A DNA stretch of 64,000 nucleotides from the human T2T-CHM13v2.0 reference genome, Homo sapiens. The notes beneath the pieces were generated by a model. That model made no database searches. It had not been told where the DNA came from and saw only the letters and a list, made by a program, of their open reading frames with translations. Positions 13,751 to 26,647 of the stretch are shown in pieces (positions within the stretch are counted from its first letter, which is position 1; every line of letters starts with the position of its first letter). The stretch is from the NCBI RefSeq assembly GCF_009914755.1, contig NC_060940.1, one strand, 5' to 3'. A program made the position numbers and the translations under genes.

Positions 13751-14301
13751 TGTCTTAATATAGGTTTTATTATTAGTCAGGTATGGTAAGACCAACAGAT
13801 CAGGAAATGATTGCCATTGAATAGATGGCTTATTATGCTTACAGATTTCAGGAAGAGGGGGCATGCCACAGAGGGAGGAGCCCACACAGAGAAACAGTGG
13901 GGTCAGCCAGAAGACAGAGAGAGAGAGGGGAAACTCTGACAAGTGCCATAATTGTGGTTTTCTGAGGAAGAAATGAGCAATGAGCAAGGCAAGGTAAACA
14001 GGCAGAGGATTGTATAGTTTGAATAATTTCAGTGGGCTCTGGGGCACAGGGGCTGTCCTAGTTGTCTGGTACCTGGTGCTGGGATGATTAGGGCAAGTGG
14101 ATTGTGGCCTGGAATGTGAAAACCCCATCAGGGAGGTGGTTGAGGGCATGGACTCCGGATTTGTTGGTTTGCATTTGAAAAGCGTGCTCATGGATGAGCT
14201 GTTTACTATCTTTAGAAATTGGCTAACCTTGGGATGGCAGTCCCTTCAGCCCCAAATGTCAAAGCATCAATATACGGAAAATTAAGGACATGGTTAATGC
14301 A
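13751..14301 (-). mobile_element. MER74-like ERVL solo LTR
   Basis: Reverse strand starts 'tgcattaaccatgtcc...ttgatgctttgacatttggggc...agggactgcc...gttagccaatttctaaagatagtaaacag' and ends in CA (TG...CA termini). Confidence 0.75.
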
Positions 14302-14479
14302 TGAGGGTAGCTTTTCTCCAACCGCTCTGCTGAGGATAAGCTAAGTACATGGAGCTGAGAGCCTCAGAGTTCTGGGTGGTGACCAGTGATGACAGAGAGG
14401 CGATGCATGGCTGAACCAGGAGCAGGAGGCTGGAGCACACAAGGTGTGGTAGTAACTGCCCAGAGGGTAAATCAGGAGT

Positions 14480-15057
14480 CATATTAGTTATCTATCACTG
14501 CAGGACAGTGCCCCTAAACTTAGTGGCTTAAAACAACAAACACGTATTTTCTCAGAGTTTCTTAGGCACTAGGATCTGGGCACAACTTAATTGGATGTCT
14601 TTGTCTCAGGGCCTTTCACAGGACTGCATCAAAGTGTGGCAGGCTGGGACTGCAGTCATCTTCAGGTTGGATGGGACAAGATGGACTTCCAAGCTCACTC
14701 ACATGGATGTTGGCAAGCCAGAAGTCCTTGCTGGTTGTTGACCAAAGACATCAAATACATCGGTTTCTTGCTATATGGACCTCTCCATAGAGTATTCATA
14801 ATATGGCACTTGTTCTCCCAGAGCAAGGACTCCAAGAGAGTGACAGGGAATGAAACAGGGTAGGAGAAGTTGGGCAAGATGGAAGCCAGAGTCTTTTTGT
14901 AACCTAGTCTTAGAAGTGGCATCCCTTCACTTCCGCTGAATTCTATTCTTTGGAAGAGAGTCTAGCTCCAGCTCACACAGAAAGGGAGATTACACAGGGT
15001 GTGATTACCAGGAAGTGGGGACTGTCAGCAGAGGTATTTTATAGGCTGCCTGCCACA
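14480..15057 (-). mobile_element. MaLR LTR (MLT1F-like)
   Basis: 'attagttatctat...aaacttagtggcttaaaacaacaaaca' through 'aagatggaagccagagtctttttgtaaccta' to 'ggctgcctgccaca'. Confidence 0.8.
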
Positions 15058-15098
15058 GGAGTGGGCAGAAATTTTAAAAGCAAGCAAATGCTAAATGA

Positions 15099-15390
15099 AA
15101 TGGCTCATGTTTGTAATCCCAGCACTTTGGGAGACTGAAATGGAAAGATCACTTGAGACCCAGAGTTCAGGACCAGCCGAAGCAACATAGCAAGATGTCT
15201 CTACAAAAAAAATAAATTATCCAGCCATGATGGTGTGTGCCTGTAGTCCCAACTACTCAGGAAGCCAAGGTGGGAAGATGGCTTGAGCCCAGGAGTTCAA
15301 GATTGCAGTGAGCTGTGATCACACCACTGCACTCCAGCCTGGGGACAGAGTGAGATCCTTTCCCAAACAAACAAACAAAAACACCAAACA
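15099..15390 (+). mobile_element. AluJ
   Basis: Diverged dimeric Alu with J diagnostics (ggcttgagcccaggagttcaag, gagctgtgatc) and a (CAAA)n tail. Confidence 0.9.
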
Positions 15391-15724
15391 CAAAACACCT
15401 CCTTTTCAATTACATAGTAGTACAAAGTAGTACTTGTGGCTGTGCTTGGGTTACAACTGCACCCATTTTACTGGTGCATCTAGAGAAAGAAGTAGTAATT
15501 AATCCCTTAGCTACTGTCAGGAAAGATTAAATGTCAAGCCTACTAACTTCCAGGTTCACATAATCTCTTTAAAATACAAGGAAAGTGCAAATGCAATAAA
15601 TGGAAGTTCATAGTCCGAAAATGTATAGCGTTCCTTGCAAAGGGCTAAATAACATTAACAGGCTGTGCAAACTCAATAATAACCTTAAATAGACAAATAA
15701 GAAAAAGTATTGCTACTATGGTTG

Positions 15725-16150
15725 TATTAGTCTTTCAGCTTGGCAAAGATTAATTAGATTGATATTGCCCAGTGTTAAGGAACATATGGAGAAAAGACAC
15801 TCTCATACCCTGTTGAAGGGAGTATAATGGGTATGAAATTTTGGCAGGCAATTTGGCAATACCTATCAAAAGTGAAACTTGTGCAGACCCATTGATCCAG
15901 CAATTCTACTTCTGGGAATTCAACCCAAGGAAATAATCAGGCAAGCACAGAGAGAAGTATGTGCAAAGATAGTTGTTGCTATGTTGTTGAAAGTAAATAA
16001 ATGAATGGGTAGATAGATTAGATAGATGGATGATGGTTGGCTAGGTCAAGTAAATTATTGATTAGATAAAATATAGGCACCCAATAAAATTGGCAAATTT
16101 TATCTGCATTTATTGACAAAGAGCCACCTCTATAACATATTTCTGGAAGA
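15725..16150 (+). mobile_element. L1ME-like 3' fragment
   Basis: 'ggcaatttggcaatacctatcaaaagt...gatccagcaattctacttctgggaatt'. Confidence 0.7.
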
Positions 16151-16932
16151 AAAGAGAACAGGAATATGAAAAAGAAAACAGTGATTTTATATATGACTGA
16201 AAAGTTTTATTATAAAATGTTAATTGTGATTATTTCCCAATAGAAAGATTTCTCATGATTTAACTTTTTGTCTGTATCTTCTCACACTTTCTATAATTTT
16301 TTTAGAACTAAATAATAGATCGTATTTTTTATTTAGGCCATTAAGGAATATGGCCTCTGCACTGAGTATGGCAGTTGATTTTATTTTTAACTTTTTTATG
16401 GAAAGGCTTGCACAGTAAATACCCATTCTCAGTTTATTAAACATCATGGAGACAATATTTGTAATGAACAAAGGGCTTAGGGCTTCAGTAGAAGAAGGGG
16501 TTTTTTTGTCTTTTTTTAAATTTTTTTTAATTTTTTTGGCCAGAGCAATAATAATGCTACTGTAAATGGGAGATCTAAGGACACTTTATGTAGCTCAGCC
16601 ACAATTGAAAAGCTTTTTCCACTCAAAACACATGCTTGAATTAGTTAGAAGAGCATGCTTCCAAACAATAACCTGTTGCTTAAATGTTGTAATAATTGTC
16701 TTGAAAAACAGTTTATCAAACCTTGTGCACTTGATTTTTCAGCCCTCTGTCTATCTAGATGTTTCCTATCACAGAATCAGCTACAAAATGGGCTTCTTCT
16801 TTCACTCTGAACTCAAGCCAAGAAGACATCTGTGCCCTCAGCCCTTCCAATATATTCCATCTGCTTATTTCTCCACTTTGAGAGCAATATGGAATTCACA
16901 ATGCTGGCTTTTGTATATACCCTTAAGTCATG

Positions 16933-16971
<39 letters not shown>

Positions 16972-16974
16972 TTA
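16933..16974. repeat. (TTTA)n tetranucleotide repeat
   Basis: About 9 TTTA units immediately upstream of a + strand Alu. Confidence 0.9.
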
Positions 16975-16985
16975 TGTGGCTTTTT

Positions 16986-17423
<438 letters not shown>

Positions 17424-18399
17424 CTGGAACTGACATCAAAACTACCTTCTCTACAAAGATCTGTGAAATTAGTTTATCATCAAAAGGTACTCTGGTCAAT
17501 CAATTTCCTGCTGCTAAGTTAAGACAGCATCATTGTCTGCCTTAACAGAGTAGAATGGTGCCTTTGGAATGGAGAACATTTGTTTGGCATTCATCTTGCC
17601 ATACAGAGAAGACATAGGTCAATCTGTCCTTTTGACAAATTGAACCCAAAGAACAGATCTTAGAAATGATAAATATATCATATGTATTCCATAATGGAAT
17701 AAAAAAAAGTCCCTACTCACTGATCCTCTGCCTACTTCATAAATAGAGAAAAATTCTTCATTATACAAAATGAGGAATTTAAGTTATTTTCCCTATTAAA
17801 GAACATCCTCTCATAGTTTTTCAAGTTATTATGTGACAATTTGATGTGGATTAATGTACGGCTGGCTCTTATCACCTAGATGAAAAGAGTATCAGTGCTA
17901 AGATGGGCATAGGAAACATTTCATTATTTAATTATTCTAAACAATCTTGTGCTGTAGTACACAAAAGATAACAGTTAACATACTGCGAAACATTTACTGA
18001 TATAGAAGCCAAGACAAAGAAAAAAGATTCAATTTCAAAGGAGAAATACACTGTCCAAAGGAATAATTGCTGTCATGGGGTTTTCAAACAGAAGTTAAGA
18101 GATAAAAATTAATAAAGAAGCTTTGAAGAGCTTATGTAGGAACACGATTGTAGGGGCATAGTTTCTACTTCAACATTTCATTCTCCTTCTTCTTTATCCT
18201 AACAATCTTCGTTCCTGCTTTTCCTTTCCCATGTGGATTCCTAAAAGCAACCTGTGTCCATATCCCATGATAATCCTATTTTTGCCTTTGGAACAGACAC
18301 TATTTCCGTCATCGGATACACCCTCAGAATCTCCCTAACAGTGCTTCTCATTGCGATGAAAATGTGCAAAAAGGCATGATAGTGAAACTGCACTTGGGA

Positions 18400-18907
18400 G
18401 CCCAGTGTCATTCTCCTACCCTTTGATACATTCCACATTTGGAGAAGACACACTGAGCCTGTTCAAATCACTCCGACCTTATTCTCTGAAGATCACTGAG
18501 GTTAGATGAAGTGAAAGAATAAAAGAGGCATCAATAGGTTCCAGCTGGCCTAGTTTTCTCTTCTTACTGACTGCTGGTCCAACTGCCCAACAATGATCCT
18601 AGTTTATCTCTAGACATGGAGGCAACAGACTTCCAGAAACTTCTTCACCATATCCCTTTTGTGGTCCCACTTTTGCAACTGGACACGCCTGGCTTCCCAG
18701 ATTTTCCTACAAATTCTAAATTATTGCCCTGTGCCCATTATTTGAGAGAGCTGGTTAGTGATTTTTTTCTCTGATCCAACAACTCCCCTTTCCAGACCTT
18801 ATTTGTCCAACTCCCCCAACATTTGTAAGATCTAATCCCACAATAAATCCTATAGCCCATAATAATTAGAGTGGGTTCTGCTCCCTGGTTGAACCCCAAG
18901 TGATTCA
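18400..18907 (+). mobile_element. Old ERVL-class LTR (LTR67B/LTR41-like)
   Basis: 3' end 'tctaatcccacaataaatcc...gtgggttctgctccctggttgaacccc...tgattca' is typical of ERVL LTR U5; 5' boundary uncertain. Confidence 0.5.
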
Positions 18908-19074
18908 GCCATTGCTTGGTTCTGACCTTAATTTATCCAAAGGAAGAGATCAAAGGAGCAAAGAAGTGTGCAAATCCAAGTCATGTTCAGGGCTGCTGAG
19001 GGTACAGGGAGTAATAAGCCTGGAGAAGTGACAATTAGGGGAGATCTGAGATCTTCTAAGGCAGTCACAGTCAA

Positions 19075-19545
19075 TTGGTTAATGCATGGCCATCCCCAAT
19101 CTCCTTCCGTCTTACCGATATCCCTTCCCAGCTCACCTGGCAGTGGGAGACAGCCATTTCACTCAGTTTCGCCAACGAAAGATGAGGAAATGTCTACAGG
19201 GAGGCTTCAGGGAGGCTTTCACTTCCTCAAAAAGAGGAAGAGAGTGAAAGAAGAGCTTACAGATGCCATTTCTCTCTCTTTTCCTGCCTTGACTTCATCC
19301 ATGATACTTGGAACAATAGCAGTCATCTTACAGCTACGCTGCAGAATGCAAGAAGAAAAAAGCCAACAACACTAAGAAGAGTAGAGCAAAGAGATGGAGC
19401 TCGGGTCCATGATGAAACAGTGAGCTACCAGGCCAAGCCCAGGGCTGTCTATCTTTGAGCTTCCTTCTAAATAAACAATAAACATCCTCATGATTTAAGC
19501 CAATGCTATTTTGATTTCCTGTTACTTGTAGCGAAATGTACTCTT
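19075..19545 (+). mobile_element. MaLR LTR (MLT1J-like)
   Basis: 'gcagtcatctt...gggtccatgatga...aataaacatcctcatgatttaagccaatgctattttgatttcctgttacttgtagc'. Confidence 0.7.
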
Positions 19546-19611
19546 TATAGCTACCTGTTCTCAAGCTCTTTAAGTAGTCATGAAACGAGAAAAAATGGAC
19601 AGAAAAGAAAA

Positions 19612-19830
19612 AATTTTGAGTACCTAATATGTATTGAGCATAGGTTAGGCATGTTTACTCACATTTTCCTATTTAATCCTCACAATTACTCAGTGATGTA
19701 ATGCTGTCTACATTTTAGAGAGGAGAGAATTGAGACAGAGAAATTAAAAATCTGTCTAAAGTCAATTAATTTGTGGAGCCATAATTTGAATCTTCTGATT
19801 CAAAGCCCAATTTAGTTTTAATCAGGCCAT
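19612..19830 (-). mobile_element. MIR SINE
   Basis: 'tttaatcctcacaa...cattttagagaggagagaattgagacagaga...tctgattcaaagccc'. Confidence 0.75.
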
Positions 19831-20969
19831 AGATAAGACATGTTCTTTACCCTTTGTAAGCATCCTTAGGATTATGAGGGAGAGGTTAGAAATGTAGGTT
19901 TCTGACTCATTGACATTATAGGATGGAACTCAATGAAGAAAGGATATCTAAGATGCAGAGATAACTAAAAGGCAGAATAATCTTTCCTAAAGATACGAGT
20001 TGTTCATCAAGGGAAATATTGATGTACAAGTGGGTGGTATGGTTATTTTGGGGGGCCGTTATAAACAAATTCTAGCATTAAGAGAGTGATCTAAATGATT
20101 TCTTTAGTTTCTTCTAACTCTAAGATTCTATGACTTTCTAGATATGGCAAGGTGTTTTCCACTTTGTGCTGGCCACCAAAAGTTTCTAAAATGGGAGTTG
20201 TTCTTTCCAGTACCTCCGTCTTAAAGATGCTATCTCTGAGGGACAGAGCAAAGATCTTTCCTAGTTACTGGTTTAGAAAATAAAAGCCTTTCCATGCCTC
20301 AAGGCCAGACCTTAGAGAAAAATCACATGACTGACAAGCAACTCATTAACCTGGGAAAAGAGCACCAGTTCAATTTACAGGCATGGAGAGGTGATTATAG
20401 ACTGGGTATAGTCCATAGTTCATATATTAACAATAAAGAAAATAGTTTCTGGTCCACCAAAAGTATACTTTCTCTTTTCTACAAATAAAAAATGACCAAA
20501 GGCCCAAGGAAACACAAAAGGAAGAAAGTATTCCCCTTTGACACGACTTTAAATGATTTTAAAAGACATTTCGGCATAAGGATTTTACTCTGCCCAACCA
20601 GAACTGGATTTGTAGATAATGGTGGTCTTTCAGGGCAAAGACCTAGCAGAGAAGTGACTTGGAAAATAAGAAACGTTTTAGTATTTAGTCCTGAAGATAA
20701 TTTTGGAAATTATCTCTGAATCTTTAGAGACCCTCTAGAGAGGGTATCAGTGAAATGTAAGTTGTCTTTGTGACAGTATAAGGGAGCTTCTTCTTCCTGC
20801 TGTAGGGTCTGTGGATGCTTGATTTAGCTTTTTGAGAGTCTGCTACATGACAGGCAACTACAAGCTTTTTTAACAAACCCTGAAATCAAAAATATCAGCA
20901 TAAAATGATAAATACAGTGAACAATGTGATGAACAAGTATAGTATTTCAGAAACAGAAGGAACCATATG

Positions 20970-21310
20970 TATTGTTCACCCTGCCTAAAATCATCCCATT
21001 ACTCTCTCACCCTGCAAAACATATCTCTCATTTTTCCATTCTGTGTCTTATAATTAATGCTATCTCCAATCACCCTACTTAATTTGAGTATTATTTCACT
21101 ATTCTCTATCAGGAAACCATGCTTATTTTCTCTGTACTATTTATTACAATTTTCAGTTTTATATTCATTTGTTTGCTTGATTATATATTTCTGTCTCTTT
21201 TCTTTACAATATTATTATCAAGAAAGCAAGAATGATATCTGCATTACCTAAAGTTTCACATAGTATTTCGCATTGAGTAGGCACTCACAATATGATGGAT
21301 GGATGGATAA
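20970..21310 (+). mobile_element. L2 3' fragment
   Basis: Pyrimidine-rich decayed L2 ending 'gagtaggcactcacaata...gatggatggatgga'. Confidence 0.5.
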
Positions 21311-21834
21311 GATGGATGATGACCAACTAAGAAAAAGTTTCATCGAGGTGATTTAATCATGATAGGTCTTGACAAATTGGTAACTGAACACGGTCAGGGC
21401 TGGGGAAATGTGTATTCTAGGTATAAGGGACAGCATGAAAAAAAATGGCACATACCTAGGAAGGTAAGTCAGTGGCCTTAGAGAAGCAATGACTCCTACA
21501 TGAAGTGATAGATTCCCTCCCCAACCTCTTATCATTGTAGTCATTCAGGATGGACAGAAAATAAGAGTAAAGTAGAAAATGAAACATTCAATTTGTCATC
21601 AGTTCATGAGTTCATTTGTCAATTACAATTTTTTGAAATGTTTTAAAACTCACAACACATGAAAATACATTTTGACAGCAAAATGGCACAAATATTTTAG
21701 TATTGTACAAGGCAAAATATAAAACCTACTCTCCTCTCTTTCTTTATTTCAACCAACCCCATTCTTTCTTTTCTCTTCAGAGTTAAATACTTAACCATTG
21801 GGAAAGTATACACAGTATTTCCAAACCTCTCCCA

Positions 21835-21935
21835 TGCATTTATACACATAGGCACACACATGCGTTCACACACACCTCCGTATGCATACATCCATGCATA
21901 TAAACACACACATTCACACACATACATACATACAT
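21835..21935. repeat. Degenerate (CA/TACA)n low-complexity tract
   Basis: cacacatgcgttcacacacac...cacacatacatacatacata. Confidence 0.75.
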
Positions 21936-22874
21936 AATTATAAATCTCTAGCAGGCAGAAAGGAGCTCAATGTCCATAGCTAAGAATGTAAAAGCTCCCT
22001 CTGCATTCACCATGGAAGCACACCATGGAATTTGAGCTTTATCATTCTTAACTGTGAAAGTAGGGGCTCGGCCCTCAGCTTTCCTAGACATAGGTGGAAA
22101 ATGTGATTTAAGAACAGATTTGACAGGAGATGCTCTGGAACTGTATTTGGCATATCTGTACACATGAGGGGCTTTTCTTCCATGTCTCCTAAAAGCTCTC
22201 TAATTTCTATTAATTTTAGGAACTGACTCTTCCTGAACCCCCAGTCCAATCCTCATTTAGTGCACTGGCCCCAGTCTGAAATTCTATAGCCTGCAGCCAT
22301 TCTGTTAAAAAGAATTTCCTGAGTTCCTCTGCACTCAGTGCTACATGAGGCTGCTCCTCTCCACATTCCTTTACCAACTGTGAGCTCATCTTTCCCCCAT
22401 GCCTTAGTGCCAACAAAGGGATTGCTAGTCTTGTAGGGGAAATAAGAGGGGACCCCTGAAGACAGGCCCCAAATGATAGGAGAGGCTCCCATGAGTTCTC
22501 TAAATACCATGCATGCTCCACTCTGCTACGTATCAGCTGCCCAGAACAGACACAATTTAAGGCCGCAGAAACAAACCCAAGCTATTCTAATAAAACAAAT
22601 ATTTAACAGTTCATTTAATCCAAGATATTGAAAAGACCTGCAAAGCCTCAGGGTTACCCTCTCCCCAGGGATGCTGCTGTGTTTGAGTAATACAGATGCT
22701 GCCCCATTCCCAACTCAGCAGCTGCTATGACAACACCAGCCTCTCTGCCCTTCTATTTGTTTTCTGGAATCATCATTGGATTCATTCCAAAGGAGGCTCA
22801 GGTGGGCTAATCAGGGAGAGTCATAAAAAAGTATGGCTGTGGAATAACTACTAGTGTCTAAAAAGATGCATAAA

Positions 22875-23138
22875 CTTTACTCATCAGTCACTACTGAGTG
22901 CCTACTATGTGTTGGGCACTGTTCCAGGTACTAGGAATACAGCACTGAACAAAACAGACAAAACTCCATGGTTTGATGGAGGTGATGCCTTAGTGAATTT
23001 TTAAAAAAGACAACAAATAAGTAAGGCATAGTGTGTCATATGATAGTGAGTGCTGTGGGTAAAATTACTAGGGGGCACGGGGAGCTCTGGGTGGAAGAAA
23101 TACAATTTTAAGTAAGGTAGACAGGGAAGGACTCACTA
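22875..23138 (-). mobile_element. L2a 3' fragment
   Basis: 'actgagtgcctactatgtgttgggcactgttccaggtactaggaatacagcactgaacaaaacagaca'. Confidence 0.85.
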
Positions 23139-23939
23139 GATCTGGTAGAGCCATTTATTCAATTTTAAGGACTTTGGTCTTGAATTAAATCAATTTCAAA
23201 AGAAGAGTTCCAAGGCAAGTTTCAACTCTGGATTGAACATCTAAGAAAATATTCATCCACACCCCATCCCTTCCTTCTTTTGGGAACTGTCATCGGTCCC
23301 CATTGATGGCTCCCAAAGAAGCTGCCATGTTCTTACATGACAGTGGCTATGTTTGATCCACTCAATAGGAGGCACCTGACTAAGAACAAGTGGCTGAGTC
23401 TCCTCCCTGAGAACTTTGTAGACTTGAGAGTCAGAGAATATGCCAGACTGTCTCATGACACAAGCTCTCAGGAGCAAAGCTCAAGAGTCATGGGTGGTCA
23501 TGTTTGCTACTTTGTGGAAATGATGGAGGGTGAGGTTAACAAACAGAAAGCAGCAAAACAAGAGCAGCATATTTCAAGTTCCTGGTGAATCCCCCCCACC
23601 CATTCCAACAGTTAGCTTATCTAATCCTTCCTTGGATACAGAAAGACATGGAATCAAGTAGCTAGAACCTGCTGAATACAGAGCCTAGGCCTCATGGGAG
23701 GAGTGCAAAGGACAAATCTATAGGACTATTGGAAATTATTGTAAGCCTACATGGTGTTGCAATTCCAAATCATAAGACACAAAAACATTAGCCTATCATC
23801 ATCACACCTTTGCCCTGCTGATAAAATAACTGAATCCAACACTAACCATATTGGTCTCAATGTTTTATTGCCCTGAAGAGGGGATCCACAGATGCTCTAA
23901 CAAAGGTAAATGTGGAGATTATGGTGGATTGGATGTAGA

Positions 23940-24137
23940 TAGTGGATCCCCTACAGATCATCTTCTGACCTACAGATTATCTAAACAACCTGGGAGCTGT
24001 CTACAAAGACTGATGCCTGGCCACCATTTGCCCCGGATCCACTTAACTGGAATACCTTGGGCAAGAATTCAGGCACACGTATTTTTCAAATGCTCCCTAG
24101 GATTAGCGATAATACAGCAAGTATATGGAACCACTAT
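23940..24137. mobile_element. MER5-like hAT MITE
   Basis: Ends 'agtggatccc...ggaaccact'; internal 'cacctgggagct'-like and 'atttttcaaatgctccctagg' motifs. Confidence 0.55.
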
Positions 24138-24254
24138 TATGTACCATGTTAGTTCAGACCTTGGGCGCTCCACTATGCTCCACTATGTAGAGAAAATGTA
24201 GAAAGCAGCAACTATGGATGAATAGTCAATTCCAGTCCACTGGTCCATTGGCTG

Positions 24255-24517
24255 TTCCTTGAACATATTATCTCAGAGCCTTTGCACTTGCTGTGTCCTT
24301 TGACTGGGACATCCTTCCACAAGACATGGCTTGGTCTCTGGCTTCTTTTTCATAATTCCTAGAATGTCACCTTCTCTTGAGGTCTTCCCTGGCTTCCCTA
24401 TTTAAGATTTTAAACTCCCTCACCCCCATCATTTCCTCCTACTCCCCCCTACTTCTTTTTTCCTCATTAGCACTTGTCACCCTTGAATACGTTATATTTT
24501 GTATGTAAAATATTGTG

Positions 24518-24566
<49 letters not shown>

Positions 24567-24665
24567 CCCTCCATTAGAATGTAAGCTCCATGAGGCAGCA
24601 ATATCTCCAGGATCTGAAATAGTCCTTGACACAGATGAGGTGGTCAAATATTTGTTGAGACAATG
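24255..24665 (+). mobile_element. L2 3' fragment containing a (CT)n microsatellite (24522-24563)
   Basis: 'ctcagagcctttgcacttgctg', 'aatgtcaccttctc', 'ttagaatgtaagctccatgaggc', 'tcaaatatttgttga'. Confidence 0.8.
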
Positions 24666-24765
24666 AGCGCCTTCTTGGCTGTGTTTCACAATAGTTAATG
24701 ATCCTGTTCTCATAGGTGAATACTAAGAGTCATTTTGATCTTTACAGTTAGGAACCAGGTTTCCA

Positions 24766-24940
24766 ACATGGTACCTTAGCACATGCTTTTACATGTGTAC
24801 CCCAGCACATTCTTTCTTGCATCCAAACAGATTTCTACCTGCTTGAAGACCACCTGAAAAATGTTTTACATGGTACCCAGCACATGCTTTCTTGCATCCA
24901 AACAGATTTCTACCTGCTTGAAGACCACCTGAAAAATGTT
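24766..24940. repeat. ~75-bp tandem duplication plus a partial third copy
   Basis: 54 identical bases at 24812-24865 and 24887-24940; the acatggtacc..agcacat motif occurs three times. Confidence 0.95.
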
Positions 24941-25439
24941 GCTCAGGCTGAGAAGGGAAGGATGCTGGCTAAAGCAGAGCCTGAGGCCAGCTGGTTGGAA
25001 TCTGGCAGGAAGATGAAGAGAAAGTGCACACCTGTGTCAGCGAGCTCTGGCTCGGGAACCAGACCCACATGAACGCAAAGCCTCTGTAAAGTCTGCTTCT
25101 TAGAGAGAAAAAGGGAAAGAGCTTCCTGTCAACTCACCAACAAGTTTCTGTTTCATTTCAGAGTCTCTCTAACAGGTTGAAAAGCACCAACGAAAATGTG
25201 TGCTGAAGGTGGAGAAGCAGGGCTTAAGGGAGGGGAGAGGTTGCATAGGTGTCTTTTATACGAAGTGCCCCACATCTGTATAGCAAACTTAGTATTATCC
25301 AAACGTTTTCCAGATACCAAGATGAAAACACAACCTCAAAGGCTTCTGCAAGAGAGGACTGGGAGTAAAGGTGATTTTCTGCCTTGGAAAAAGATAAAAA
25401 GCAATTATCTCTGCAAGTGCTCAGCGCCCCCCGCTCCCA

Positions 25440-26138
25440 ATTTTTCTAATAATTTTAATAGACAAATAAAAACTATATATATTTATGGTATACAACATGA
25501 TATTTTGATACATTGTGGAGTGACTGAATCAAATTAATTAACATACGTATTACCTCACATACTTATGTTTTTTGTGGTGAGAACATTTAAGATTTACTCT
25601 CCTAGGAATTTTTAAGTATACAATAGGTAGCTGTTAACTCTAGTCATCATGTTGTGCAATAGATCCCCTGAACTGATTCTTCTTATCTAACTGAAATTTC
25701 GTACCCATTGACAAACAGCCCCTGAATTTTCCCCCACTCCAGCCGGTCATCACCATGCCTAATGACAAAATAACTGAACCCAACACTAACCACATTGGTA
25801 TCAGTGTTTCATTGCCCTGAAGAGGGGAATCCATAGATGCCCTAATCACGATAAATGTAGAGACTATGATGGATTGGATCTAGAATCGCTGTACAACTAT
25901 CTGGGAAACACCTTTTATTCTCTACTTCTGAGCTTGATTTTTTTTTAGATTCCACAAATAGGTGGGATTGTGCAGTATAGCATTTGTCTTTCTATGACTA
26001 ACTTATTTCACTTAGCATAATGTCCTCCAGGTTCATCCAGGTTGTCACAAATGACAAGATTTCCTTCTTTTTAAAGGCTGAATACTATTCCATTGTGGGT
26101 ATACACCACATTTTCTTTTTCCATTCATTTATTGCCAA
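25440..26138 (-). mobile_element. L1MA-type 3' fragment interrupted by a ~155-bp locally copied insert
   Basis: 'attacctcacatacttatgttttttgtggtgagaacatttaaga', 'ttatttcacttagcataatgtcctccaggttcatcc', 'ggctgaatactattccattgtg'. Confidence 0.85.
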
Positions 26139-26335
26139 ATCAATTTTTTTTTCTAGTCTCCTCCTCTTCCCTTCCCCAACACACACAGGAATGTCCCACC
26201 TTTTCTTGAGTTTCCACTGAGGAACTAAAGACAGGAAGTAAATCCAGAATACAGGTGAGGCCTCAAGACTACTTCACATGTTTTCATCTTCCACAATGCC
26301 AGTGGGGTAAAGAGTCTTGAAGGAAATTTATTCTT

Positions 26336-26647
26336 TTTTTCTTTTTCTTTCTTTCTTTTTTTTTTTTGATATGGAGTCTCACTCTGTTGCCCCCGCTGGA
26401 GTACAGTGGTGCGACGTCTGCTCACTACAACCTCCATCTCCCAAGTTCAAGCGATTCTTCTGCCTCAACCTCCCGAGTAGCTGGAACTACAAGCGCATGC
26501 CACCACGCCTGGCTAATTTTTGTATTTTTAGTAGAGACGGGGTTTCACCGTTTTGTCCAGGCTGGTCTCAAACTCCTGACCTCATGATCTGCCCACCTCA
26601 GCCTCCCAAAGTGCTGGGATTACAGGCGTGAGCCACTGCGCCCGGCC
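26336..26647 (-). mobile_element. AluSg-like with 15-bp TSD
   Basis: Antisense Alu with 'ctgacctc-atgatc'. TSD aggaaatttattctt (26321-26335) / aggaaatttactctt (26648-26662). Confidence 0.93.

Noticed and set aside
13691-14191. 166-aa minus-strand ORF
   Set aside because: Lies within a MER74-like LTR, has no recognisable domain, and is best explained as a chance open frame.
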